From Utricularia gibba (lineage: Eukaryota > Plantae > Magnoliophyta): DNA of 64,000 nucleotides. Made by a program: the position numbers and the translations under genes. Shown here one piece after another: positions 11,579 through 24,800 of this stretch. Location: NCBI GenBank assembly GCA_002189035.1, contig NEEC01000012.1:3341669-3405668 (forward strand), written 5' to 3'. How positions within the stretch are numbered: the first letter of the stretch is position 1; the number at the start of each line of letters is the position of its first letter. The notes under the pieces were generated by a model. The model was not told the DNA's origin. It did no database searches and saw nothing but the letters and a program-made list of their open reading frames with translations.

Positions 11579-12689
11579 TTATATTAGCCTTCAGATGTGC
11601 CACAAATTGGCCACCACGTTCGCGACGATGCGACTCGGAACACGAGAATCGACGCGATTGTGATTTTCGCCTTGCAAAACATCTGCGTTTTATTGGGTGA
11701 CGTGAAGTATGGGTTTTCGAGGCGATCTCTGAACAAGCTCTGGGTGTGTCCTACCCGCAGCCTCATGGTGGCCTCGCACACCGTTCGGCATCTTTCGATA
11801 TCTTGAAATCAAGATGAGTCACGCTGCGCCCGGCATACCGTTTCGAACCCCTTTCCGTGCCGGTCAGCTTCCGTGTTGAAAGCTCTTCGTCCGAGGATGC
11901 ATCAGAGCTCGAATTATCGCCTTATATTAGCCTTCAGATGTGCCACAAATTGGCCACCACGTTCGCGACGATGCGACTCGGAACACGAGAATCGACGCGA
12001 TTGTGATTTTCGCCTTGCAAAAGATCTGCGTTTTATTGGATGACGTGAAGTATGGGTTTTCGAGGCGATCTCTGAACAAGCTCTGGGTGTGTCCTACCCG
12101 CAGCCTCATGGTGGCCTCGCACACCGTTCGGTATTTCGGCGATATCTGAAAACCGTGATGAGTCACGCTGCGCCGGCATACCGTTTCGAACCCCTTTCCG
12201 TGCCGGTCAGCTTCCGTGTTGAAAGCATCTTCGTCCGAGGATGCATCAGAGCTCGAATTATCGCCTTATATTAGCCTTCAGATGTGCCACAAATTGGCCA
12301 CCACGTTCGCGACGATGCGACTCGGAACACGAGAATCGACGCGATTGTGATTTTCGCCTTGCAAAACATCTGCGTTTTATTGGGTGACGTGAAGTATGGG
12401 TTTTCGAGGCGATCTCTGAACAAGCTCTGGTGTGTCCTACCCGCAGCCTCATGGTGGCCTCGCACACCGTTCGGCATTCGGCGATATCTTGAAGGATGAG
12501 TCACGCTGCGCCCGGCATACCGTTTCGAACCCTTCCGTGCCGGTCAGCTTCCGTGTTGAAAGCATCTTCGTCCGAGGATGCATCAGAGCTCGAATTATCG
12601 CCTTATATTAGCCTTCAGATGTGCCACAAATTGGCCACCACGTTCGCGACGATGCGACTCGGAACACGAGAATCGACGCGATTGTGATT

Positions 12690-12710
12690 TTCGCTTGCGG
12701 GTTTTCGAGG
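12690..12710. repeat. 35-bp internal deletion junction in a monomer
   Basis: CTTGC|GGGTTTTCGAGG at 12698/12699. Consensus 186-220 (AAAACATC...GAAGTAT) is absent. Confidence 0.85.
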
Positions 12711-15700
12711 CGATCTCTGAACAAGCTCTGGGTGTGTCCTACCCGCAGCCTCATGGTGGCCTCGCACACCGTTCGGCATTCGTCGATATCTTGATCAAGA
12801 TGAGTCACGCTGCGCCGGCATACCGTTTCGAACCCTTTCCGTGCCGGTCAGCTTCCGTGTTGAAAGCTCTTCGTCCGAGGATGCATCAGAGCTCGAATTA
12901 TCGCCTTATCTTAGCCTTCAGATGTGCCACAAATTGGCCACCACGTTCGCGACGATGCGCGGAACACGAGAATCGACGCGATTGTGATTTTCGCTTGCAA
13001 AACATCTGCGTTTTATTGGATGACGTGAAGTATGGGTTTTTCGAGGCGATCTCTGAACAAGCTCTGGGTGTGTCCCTACCCGCAGCCTCATGGTGGCCTC
13101 GCACACCGTTCGGTATTTCGGCGATATCCTGAAAACCGTGATGAGTCACGCTGCGCCGGCATACCGTTTCGAACCCCTTTCCGTGCCGGTCAGCTTCCGT
13201 GTTGAAAGCTTCTTCGTCCGAGGATGCATCAAGCTCGAATTATCGCCTTATATTAGCCTTCAGATGTGCCACAAATTGGCCACCACGTTCGCGACGATGC
13301 GACTCGGAACACGAGAATCGACGCGATTGTGATTTTCGCCTTGCAAAACATCTGCGTTTTATTGGGTGACGTGAAGTATGGGTTTTCGAGGCGATCTCTG
13401 AACAAGCTCTGGGTGTGTCCTACCCGCAGCCTCATGGTGGCCTCGCACACCGTTCGGTATTCGTCGATATCTGAAATGATGAGTCACGCTGCGCCGGCAT
13501 ACCGTTTCGAACCCTTTCCGTGCCGGTCAGCTTCCGTGTTGAAAGCTCTTCGTCCGAGGATGCATCAGAGCTCGAATTATCGCCTTATATTAGCCTTCAG
13601 ATGTGCCACAAATTGGCCACCACGTTCGCGACGATGCGACTCGGAACACGAGAATCGACGCGATTGTGATTTTCGCCTTGCAAAACATCTGCGTTTTATT
13701 GGGTGACGTGAAGTATGGGTTTTCGAGGCGATCTCTGAACAAGCTCTGGGTGTGTCCCTACCCGCAGCCTCATGGTGGCCTCGCACACCGTTCGGTATTT
13801 CGGCGATATCCTGAAAACCGTGATGAGTCACGCTGCGCCGGCATACCGTTTCGAACCCCTTTCCGTGCCGGTCAGCTTCCGTGTTGAAAGCTCTTCGTCC
13901 GAGGATGCATCAGAGCTCGAATTATCGCCTTATATTAGCCTTCAGATGTGCCACAAATTGGCCACCACGTTCGCGACGATGCGACTCGGAACACGAGAAT
14001 CGACGCGATTGTGATTTTCGCCTTGCAAAACATCTGCGTTTTATTGGGTGACGTGAAGTATGGGTTTTCGAGGCGATCTCTGAACAAGCTCTGGTGTGTC
14101 CTACCCGCAGCCTCATGGTGGCCTCGCACACCGTTCGGCATCCGATATCTTGAAGGATGAGTCACGCTGCGCCGGCATACCGTTTCGAACCCTTTCCGTG
14201 CCGGTCAGCTTCCGTGTTGAAAGCTCTTCGTCCGAGGATGCATCAAGCTCGAATTATCGCCTTATATTAGCCTTCAGATGTGCCACAAATTGGCCACCAC
14301 GTTCGCGACGATGCGACTCGGAACACGAGATCGACGCGATTGTGATTTTCGCCTTGCAAAACATCTGCGTTTTATTGGGTGACGTGAAGTATGGGTTTTC
14401 GAGGCGATCTCTGAACAAGCTCTGGGTGTGTCCCTACCGCAGCCTCATGGTGGCCTCGCACACCGTTCGGTATTCGTCGATATCTTGAAATGATGAGTCA
14501 CGCTGCGCCCGGCATACCGTTTCGAACCCTTTCCGTGCCGGTCAGCTTCCGTGTTGAAAGCATCTTCGTCCGAGGATGCATCAGAGCTCGAATTATCGCC
14601 TTATATTAGCCTTCAGATGTGCCACAAATTGGCCACCACGTTCGCGACGATGCGACTCGGAACACGAGAATCGACGCGATTGTGATTTTCGCCTTGCAAA
14701 ACATCTGCGTTTTATTGGGTGACGTGAAGTATGGGTTTTCGAGGCGATCTCTGAACAAGCTCTGGGTGTGTCCCTACCCGCAGCCTCATGGTGGCCTCGC
14801 ACACCGTTCGGTATTTCGGCGATATCCTGAAACCGTGATGAGTCACGCTGCGCCGGCATACCGTTTCGAACCCTTTCCGTGCCGGTCAGCTTCCGTGTTG
14901 AAAGCATCTTCGTCCGAGGATGCATCAGAGCTCGAATTATCGCCTTATATTAGCCTTCAGATGTGCCACAAATTGGCCACCACGTTCGCGACGATGCGAC
15001 TCGGAACACGAGAATCGACGCGATTGTGATTTTCGCTTGCAAAACATCTGCGTTTTATTGGGTGACGTGAAGTATGGGTTTTCGAGGCGATCTCTGAACA
15101 AGCTCTGGTGTGTCCCTACCCGCAGCCTCATGGTGGCCTCGCACACCGTTCGGCATTCGTCGATATCTGAAGATCAAGATGAGTCACGCTGCGCCCGGCA
15201 TACCGTTTCGAACCCTTTCCGTGCCGGTCAGCTTCCGTGTTGAAAGCTTCTTCGTCCGAGGATGCATCAGAGCTCGAATTATCGCCTTATATTAGCCTTC
15301 AGATGTGCCACAAATTGGCCACCACGTTCGCGACGATGCGACTCGGAACACGAGAATCGACGCGATTGTGATTTTCGCCTTGCAAAACATCTGCGTTTTA
15401 TTGGGTGACGTGAAGTATGGGTTTTCGAGGCGATCTCTGAACAAGCTCTGGGTGTGTCCCTACCCGCAGCCTCATGGTGGCCTCGCACACCGTTCGGCAT
15501 CTCGTCGATATCTTGAAGATGATGAGTCACGCTGCGCCCGGCATACCGTTTCGAACCCCTTCCGTGCCGGTCAGCTTCCGTGTTGAAAGCATCTTCGTCC
15601 GAGGATGCATCAGAGCTCGAATTATCGCCTTATATTAGCCTTCAGATGTGCCACAAATTGGCCACCACGTTCGCGACGATGCGACTCGGAACACGAGAAT

Positions 15701-17007
15701 CGACGCGATTGTGATTTTCGCCTTGCAAAACATCTGCGTTTTATTGGATGACGTGAAGTATGGGTTTTCGAGGCGATCTCTGAACAAGCTCTGGTGTGTC
15801 CTACCCGCAGCCTCATGGTGGCCTCGCACACCGTTCGGCATTCGTCGATATCCTGAAATCGATGAGTCACGCTGCGCCGGCATACCGTTTCGAACCCTTC
15901 CGTGCCGGTCAGCTTCCGTGTTGAAAGCTTCTTCGTCCGAGGATGCATCAGAGCTCGAATTATCGCCTTATATTAGCCTTCAGATGTGCCACAAATTGGC
16001 CACCACGTTCGCGACGATGCGACTCGGAACACGAGAATCGACGCGATTGTGATTTTCGCTTGCAAAAGATCTGCGTTTTATTGGATGACGTGAAGTATGG
16101 GTTTTCGAGCGATCTCTGAACAAGCTCTGGGTGTGTCCCTACCCGCAGCCTCATGGTGGCCTCGCACACCGTTCGGTATTTCGGCGATATCCTGAAAACC
16201 GTGATGAGTCACGCTGCGCCGGCATACCGTTTCGAACCCCTTTCCGTGCCGGTCAGCTTCCGTGTTGAAAGCTTCTTCGTCCGAGGATGCATCAGAGCTC
16301 GAATTATCGCCTTATATTAGCCTTCAGATGTGCCACAAATTGGCCACCACGTTCGCGACGATGCGACTCGGAACACGAGAATCGACGCGATTGTGATTTT
16401 CGCCTTGCAAAACATCTGCGTTTTATTGGTGACGTGAAGTATGGGTTTTCGAGGCGATCTCTGAACAAGCTCTGGTGTGTCCTACCCGCAGCCTCATGGT
16501 GGCCTCGCACACCGTTCGGCATCTCGTCGATATCTTGAAATCGATGAGTCACGCTGCGCCCGGCATACCGTTTCGAACCCCTTTCCGTGCCGGTCAGCTT
16601 CCGTGTTGAAAGCTCTTCGTCCGAGGATGCATCAGAGCTCGAATTATCGCCTTATATTAGCCTTCAGATGTGCCACAAATTGGCCACCACGTTCGCGACG
16701 ATGCGACTCGGAACACGAGAATCGACGCGATTGTGATTTTCGCCTTGCAAAACATCTGCGTTTTATTGGGTGACGTGAAGTATGGGTTTTCGAGGCGATC
16801 TCTGAACAAGCTCTGGTGTGTCCTACCCGCAGCCTCATGGTGGCCTCGCACACCGTTCGGTATTCGTCGATATCCTGAAAACCGTGATGAGTCACGCTGC
16901 GCCCGGCATACCGTTTCGAACCCTTTCCGTGCCGGTCAGCTTCCGTGTTGAAAGCTTCTTCGTCCGAGGATGCATCAAGCTCGAATTATCGCCTTATCTT
17001 AGCCTTC

Positions 17008-17263
17008 AGATGTGCCACAAATTGGCCACCACGTTCGCGACGATTCGGAACACGAGAATCGACGCGATTGTGATTTTCGCTTGCAAAAATCTGCGTTTTA
17101 TTGGATGACGTGAAGTATGGGTTTTCGAGCGATCTCTGAACAAGCTCTGGGTGTGTCCCTACCCGCAGCCTGGTGGCCTCTTCGGGATATCTGAAAGATG
17201 AGTCATTCGAGTTCAGCTTCCGTGTTGAAAGCGTTTCAGAGCTCGAATTATCGCCTTACCTTC
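17008..17263. repeat. Collapsed monomer (256 bp) that lost ~90 bp through many small deletions
   Basis: 17161-17263 is a colinear but repeatedly gapped version of consensus ~263-103. Confidence 0.8.
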
Positions 17264-20200
17264 AGATGTGCCACAAATTGGCCACCACGTTCGCGACGAT
17301 GCGACTCGGAACACGAGAATCGACGCGATTGTGATTTTCGCCTTGCAAAATCTGCGTTTTATTGGGTGACGTGAAGTATGGGTTTTCGAGGCGATCTCTG
17401 AACAAGCTCTGGTGTGTCCTACCCGCAGCCTCATGGTGGCCTCGCACACCGTTCGGCATTCGTCGATATCTTGAAAATGATGAGTCACGCTGCGCCCGGC
17501 ATACCGTTTCGAACCCTTTCCGTGCCGGTCAGCTTCCGTGTTGAAAGCATCTTCGTCCGAGGATGCATCAGAGCTCGAATTATCGCCTTATATTAGCCTT
17601 CAGATGTGCCAAAATTGGCCACCACGTTCGCGACGATGCGACTCGGAACACGAGAATCGACGCGATTGTGATTTTCGCCTTGCAAAACATCTGCGTTTTA
17701 TTGGGTGACGTGAAGTATGGGTTTTCGAGGCGATCTCTGAACAAGCTCTGGGTGTGTCCTACCCGCAGCCTCATGGTGGCCTCGCACACCGTTCGGCATT
17801 CGTCGATATCTGAAATCAAGATGAGTCACGCTGCGCCGGCATACCGTTTCGAACCCCTTTCCGTGCCGGTCAGCTTCCGTGTTGAAAGCATCTTCGTCCG
17901 AGGATGCATCAGAGCTCGAATTATCGCCTTATATTAGCCTTCAGATGTGCCACAAATTGGCCACCACGTTCGCGACGATGCGACTCGGAACACGAGAATC
18001 GACGCGATTGTGATTTTCGCCTTGCAAAACATCTGCGTTTTATTGGTGACGTGAAGTATGGGTTTTCGAGGCGATCTCTGAACAAGCTCTGGGTGTGTCC
18101 TACCCGCAGCCTCATGGTGGCCTCGCACACCGTTCGGTATTTCGGCGATATCCTGAAAACCGTGATGAGTCACGCTGCGCCGGCATACCGTTTCGAACCC
18201 CTTTCCGTGCCGGTCAGCTTCCGTGTTGAAAGCATCTTCGTCCGAGGATGCATCAGAGCTCGAATTATCGCCTTATATTAGCCTTCAGATGTGCCACAAA
18301 TTGGCCACCACGTTCGCGACGATGCGACTCGGAACACGAGAATCGACGCGATTGTGATTTTCGGCTTGCAAAACATCTGCGTTTTATTGGGTGACGTGAA
18401 GTATGGGTTTTCGAGGCGATCTCTGAACAAGCTCTGGGTGTGTCCCTACCGCAGCCTCATGGTGGCCTCGCACACCGTTCGGCATTCGTCGATATCCTGA
18501 AGGATGAGTCACGCTGCGCCGGCATACCGTTTCGAACCCTTCCGTGCCGGTCAGCTTCCCGTGTTGAAAGCTTCTTCGTCCGAGGATGCATCAGAGCTCG
18601 AATTATCGCCTTATATTAGCCTTCAGATGTGCCACAAATTGGCCACCACGTTCGCGACGATGCGACTCGGAACACGAGAATCGACGCGATTGTGATTTTC
18701 GCTTGCAAAACATCTGCGTTTTATTGGGTGACGTGAAGTATGGGTTTTCGAGGCGATCTCTGAACAAGCTCTGGGTGTGTCCTACCCGCAGCCTCATGGT
18801 GGCCTCGCACACCGTTCGGTATTCGTCGGTATCCTGAAATGATGAGTCACGCTGCGCCCGGCATACCGTTTCGAACCCTTCCGTGCCGGTCAGCTTCCGT
18901 GTTGAAAGCTTCTTCGTCCGAGGATGCATCAGAGCTCGAATTATCGCCTTATATTAGCCTTCAGATGTGCCACAAATTGGCCACCACGTTCGCGACGATG
19001 CGACTCGTCGACGCGATTGTGATTTTCGCCTTGCAAAACATCTGCGTTTTATTGGGTGACGTGAAGTATGGGTTTTCGAGGCGATCTCTGAACAAGCTCT
19101 GGTGTGTTCCTACCCGCAGCCTCATGGTGGCCTCGCACACCGTTCGGCATTCGTCGATATCTTGAAATCTGATGAGTCACGCTGCGCCCGGCATACCGTT
19201 TCGAACCCTTCCGTGCCGGTCAGCTTCCGTGTTGAAAGCTTCTTCGTCCGAGGATGCATCAGAGCTCGAATTATCGCCTTATCTTAGCCTTCAGATGTGC
19301 CACAAATTGGCCACCACGTTCGCGACGATGCGACTCGGAACACGAGAATCGACGCGATTGTGATTTTCGCTTGCAAAACATCTGCGTTTTATTGGATGAC
19401 GTGAAGTATGGGTTTTCGAGGCGATCTCTGAACAAGCTCTGGGTGTGTCCCTACCCGCAGCCTCATGGTGGCCTCGCACACCGTTCGGTATTTCGGCGAT
19501 ATCCTGAAAACCGTGATGAGTCACGCTGCGCCGGCATACCGTTTCGAACCCTTTCCGTGCCGGTCAGCTTCCGTGTTGAAAGCATCTTCGTCCGAGGATG
19601 CATCAGAGCTCGAATTATCGCCTTATATTAGCCTTCAGATGTGCCAAATTGGCCACCACGTTCGCGACGATGCGACTCGGAACACGAGAATCGACGCGAT
19701 TGTGATTTTCGCCTTGCAAAACATCTGCGTTTTATTGGGTGACGTGAAGTATGGGTTTTCGAGGCGATCTCTGAACAAGCTCTGGGTGTGTCCTACCCGC
19801 AGCCTCATGGTGGCCTCGCACACCGTTCGGCATTCGGCGATATCTTGAAATGATGAGTCACGCTGCGCCCGGCATACCGTTTCGAACCCTTTCCGTGCCG
19901 GTCAGCTTCCGTGTTGAAAGCATCTTCGTCCGAGGATGCATCAGAGCTCGAATTATCGCCTTATATTAGCCTTCAGATGTGCCACAAATTGGCCACCACG
20001 TTCGCGACGATGCGACTCGGAACACGAGAATCGACGCGATTGTGATTTTCGCCTTGCAAAACATCTGCGTTTTATTGGTGACGTGAAGTATGGGTTTTCG
20101 AGGCGATCTCTGAACAAGCTCTGGTGTGTCCCTACCCGCAGCCTCATGGTGGCCTCGCACACCGTTCGGTATTTCGGCGATATCCTGAAATGATGAGTCA

Positions 20201-21859
20201 CGCTGCGCCCGGCATACCGTTTCGAACCCTTTCCGTGCCGGTCAGCTTCCGTGTTGAAAGCTTCTTCGTCCGAGGATGCATCAGAGCTCGAATTATCGCC
20301 TTATATTAGCCTTCAGATGTGCCACAAATTGGCCACCACGTTCGCGACGATGCGACTCGGAACACGAGAATCGACGCGATTGTGATTTTCGCTTGCAAAA
20401 TCTGCGTTTTATTGGATGACGTGAAGTATGGGTTTTCGAGCGATCTCTGAACAAGCTCTGGGTGTGTCCCTACCTTCATGGTGGCCTCGCACACCGTTCG
20501 GTATTTCGGCCATATCCTGAAAACCGTGATGAGTCACGCTGCGCCGGCATACCGTTTCGAACCCCTTTCCGTGCCGGTCAGCTTCCGTGTTGAAAGCTTC
20601 TTCGTCCGAGGATGCATCAGAGCTCGAATTATCGCCTTATATTAGCCTTCAGATGTGCCACAAATTGGCCACCACGTTCGCGACGATGCGACTCGGAACA
20701 CGAGAATCGACGCGATTGTGATTTTCGCCTTGCAAAATCTGCGTTTTATTGGTGACGTGAAGTATGGGTTTTCGAGGCGATCTCTGAACAAGCTCTGGTG
20801 TGTTCCTACCCGCAGCCTCATGGTGGCCTCGCACACCGTTCGGTATTCGGCGATATCCTGAAAAGATGAGTCACGCTGCGCCCGGCATACCGTTTCGAAC
20901 CCTTTCCGTGCCGGTCAGCTTCCGTGTTGAAAGCTCTTCGTCCGAGGATGCATCAGAGCTCGAATTATCGCCTTATATTAGCCTTCAGATGTGCCACAAA
21001 TTGGCCACCACGTTCGCGACGATGCGACTCGGAACACGAGAATCGACGCGATTGTGATTTTCGCCTTGCAAAACATCTGCGTTTTATTGGGTGACGTGAA
21101 GTATGGGTTTTCGAGCGATCTCTGAACAAGCTCTGGGTGTGTCCTACCCGCAGCCTCATGGTGGCCTCGCACACCGTTCGGTATTTCGGCGATATCTGAA
21201 AATGATGAGTCACGCTGCGCCCGGCATACCGTTTCGAACCCTTTCCGTGCCGGTCAGCTTCCGTGTTGAAAGCTTCTTCGTCCGAGGATGCATCAGAGCT
21301 CGAATTATCGCTTATATTAGCCTTCAGATGTGCCACAAATTGGCCACCACGTTCGCGACATGCGACTCGGAACACGAGAATCGACGCGATTGATTTTCGC
21401 TTGCAAAACATCTGCGTTTTATTGGGTGACGTGAAGTATGGGTTTTCGAGGCGATCTCTGAACAAGCTCTGGGTGTGTCCTACCCGCAGCCTCATGGTGG
21501 CCTCGCACACCGTTCGGTATTTCGGCGATATCCTGAAAACCGTGATGAGTCACGCTGCGCCGGCATACCGTTTCGAACCCCTTTCCGTGCCGGTCAGCTT
21601 CCGTGTTGAAAGCATCTTCGTCCGAGGATGCATCAGAGCTCGAATTATCGCCTTATATTAGCCTTCAGATGTGCCACAAATTGGCCACCACGTTCGCGAC
21701 GATGCGACTCGGAACACGAGAATCGACGCGATTGTGATTTTCGCTTGCAAAACATCTGCGTTTTATTGGGTGACGTGAAGTATGGGTTTTCGAGGCGATC
21801 TCTGAACAAGCTCTGGTGTGTCCCTACCCGCAGCCTCATGGTGGCCTCGCACACCGTTC

Positions 21860-24800
21860 GGCATTTCGGCGATGATCCGCTGCGCCGGCATACCGTTTCG
21901 AACCCCTTTCCGTGCCGGTCAGCTTCCGTGTTGAAAGCATCTTCGTCCGAGGATGCATCAGAGCTCGAATTATCGCCTTATATAGCCTTCAGATGTGCCA
22001 CAAATTGGCCACCACGTTCGCGACGATGCGACTCGGAACACGAGAATCGACGCGATTGTGATTTTCGCTTGCAAAACATCTGCGTTTTATTGGGTGACGT
22101 GAAGTATGGGTTTTCGAGGCGATCTCTGAACAAGCTCTGGTGTGTTCCTACCCGCAGCCTCATGGTGGCTCGCACACCGTTCGGCATTCGTCGATATCGA
22201 AGTGATGAGTCACGCTGCGCCCGGCATACCGTTTCGAACCCGCCGTCGAATTTCGTCCGAGGATGCATCAGAGCTCGAATTATCGCCTTATATTAGCCTT
22301 CAGATGTGCCACAAATTGGCCACCACGTTCGCGACGATGCGACTCGGAACACGAGAATCGACGCGATTGTGATTTTCGCCTTGCAAAAATCTCGCGTTTT
22401 GGTGGACGTGTGAGTATGGGTTTTTCGAGGCGATCTCTCTGACACAGCTCTGGGTGTGTCCTACTACCAGCCTCATCATGGTGGCGCACACACCGTTCGG
22501 CATTCGTCGATATCTTGAAAATGATGAGTGAGTCTGCGCCCGGCATACCGTTTCGAACCCTTTCCGTGCCGGTCAGCTTCTTCCGTTGTTGAAATCTCGT
22601 CCGAGATGCATCATCAGCTCGAATTATCGCCTTATTATTAGCCTTCAGATGTGCCACAAATTGGCCACCACGTTCGCGACGATGCGACTCGGAACACGAG
22701 AATCGACGCGATTGTGATTTTCGCTTGCAAAACATCTGCGTTTTATTGGATGAAGTATGGGTTTTCGAGGCGATCTCTGAACAAGCTCTGGGTGTGTCCT
22801 ACCCGCAGCCTCATGGTGGCCTCGCACACCGTTCGGTATTTCGTGAAGTGATGAGTCACGCTGCGCCGGCATACCGTTTCGAACCCCTTTCCGTGCCGGT
22901 CAGCTTCCGTGTTGAAAGCATTCGTCCGAGGATGCATCAGAGCTCGAATTATCGCCTTATATTAGCCTTCAGATGTGCCACAAATTGGCCACCACGTTCG
23001 CGACGATGCGACTCGGAACACGAGAATCGACGCGATTGTGATTTTCGCTTGCAAAACATCTGCGTTTTATTGGATGACGTGAAGTATGGGTTTTCGAGGC
23101 GATCTCTGAACAAGCTCTGGTGTGTTCCTACCGCAGCCTCATGGTGGCCTCGCACACCGTTCGGCATTCGTCGATATCTGAAATCGATAGTCCTGAAAAC
23201 CGTGATGAGTCGACGCTGCGCCGGCCATACCGTTCGCGACGATCGAAACATCCGTTTTCGCGTCTGCCGGGTCAGCTCTCCGCTGGTTGAAAGCATTCTT
23301 CGTCCGAGGATGTCATCAGAGCTCGAATTATCGCCTTATATTAGCCTTCAGATGTGCCACAAATTGGCCACCACGTTCGCGACGATGCGACTCGGAACAC
23401 GAGAATCGACGCGATTGTGATTTTCGCCTTGCAAAACATCTGCGTTTTATTGGATGTGACGTGAAAGTATGGGTTTTCGAGGCGATCTCTGAACAAGCTC
23501 TGGTGTGTTCCTCACCCGCACGCCTCATGGTGTGCGCTCGTTTCGAACAGCCGTTCGGCATTCGTTCGATATCCTTGATGATCACCACGTTTCGATGAGT
23601 CGACGCGATGCGCTCCGCCTTATACCGATTTCGAAGCCTCCTTTCGCGTCGCCGTGTACGAGCTTCCGTGTTGAAAGCATCTTCGTATCCGAGGATTGGC
23701 CATTCAGCTCGGAATTATCGCCTTATATTAGCCTTCAGATGTGCCACAAATTGGCCACCACGTTCGCGACGATGCGACTCGGAACACGAGAATCGACGCG
23801 ATTGTGATTTTCGCCTTGCAAAACATCTGCGTTTGTATCTGGTGACCCGTGGCAAGTATGGCGTTTTCGAGCGATCCGTGCTGAACATCAGCTCTCGGCC
23901 TTCAGTGTGTTGGCCACCACGTTCGCGACGATGCCGCACGCGACTTGCAAAATCTGCGTTTTATTGGGTGACGTGAAGTATGGGTTTTCGAGCGATCTCT
24001 GAACAAGCTCTGGGTGTGTCCCTACCCGCAGCCTCATGGTGGCCTCGCACACCGTTCGGTATTCGTCGATATCCGCTGCGCCGGCATACCGTTTCGAACC
24101 CCTTTCCGTGCCGGTCAGCTTCCGTGTTGAAAGCATCTTCGTCCGAGGATGCATCAGAGCTCGAATTATCGCCTTATTTAGCCTTCAGATGTGCCACAAA
24201 TTGGCCACCACGTTCGCGACGATGCGAACACGAGAATCGACGCGATTGTGATTTTCGCTTGCAAAAGATCTGCGTTTTATTGGATGACGTGAAGTATGGG
24301 TTTTCGAGCGATCTCTGAACAAGCTCTGGGTGTGTCCTACCCGCAGCCTCATGGTGGCCTCGCACACCGTTCGGTTCGTCCGAGAGATGCATCAGAGCTC
24401 GTGTTGAAAGCTCTTCGTCCGAGGATGCATCAGAGCTCGAATTATCGCCTTATTTAGCCTTCAGATGTGCCACAAATTGGCCACCACGTTCGCGACGATG
24501 CGACTCGGAACACGAGAATCGACGCGATTGTGATTTTCGCCTTGCAAAAATCATCTGAACGTTTTGATCTGGGTGACCCGTGGTAAGTATGGCGTATTTT
24601 CGAGTGCCGGTCAGCTTCCGTGTTGAAAGCATCTTCGTCCGAGGATGCATCAGAGCTCGAATTATCGCCTTATATTAGCCTTCAGATGTGCCACAAATTG
24701 GCCACCACGTTCGCGACGATGCGACTCGGAACACGAGAATCGACGCGATTGTGATTTTCGCTTGCAAAATCTGGTGGCCGATCGCAACACCTGTTCCTCG

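Larger units (their letters stand above)
1..21860. repeat. Left well-ordered block of near-full-length monomers (~64 units)
   Basis: Colinear monomers with variation mostly limited to a fixed set of columns. Only a few truncated units (5571-5814, ~12620-12920, 17008-17263). Confidence 0.92.
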
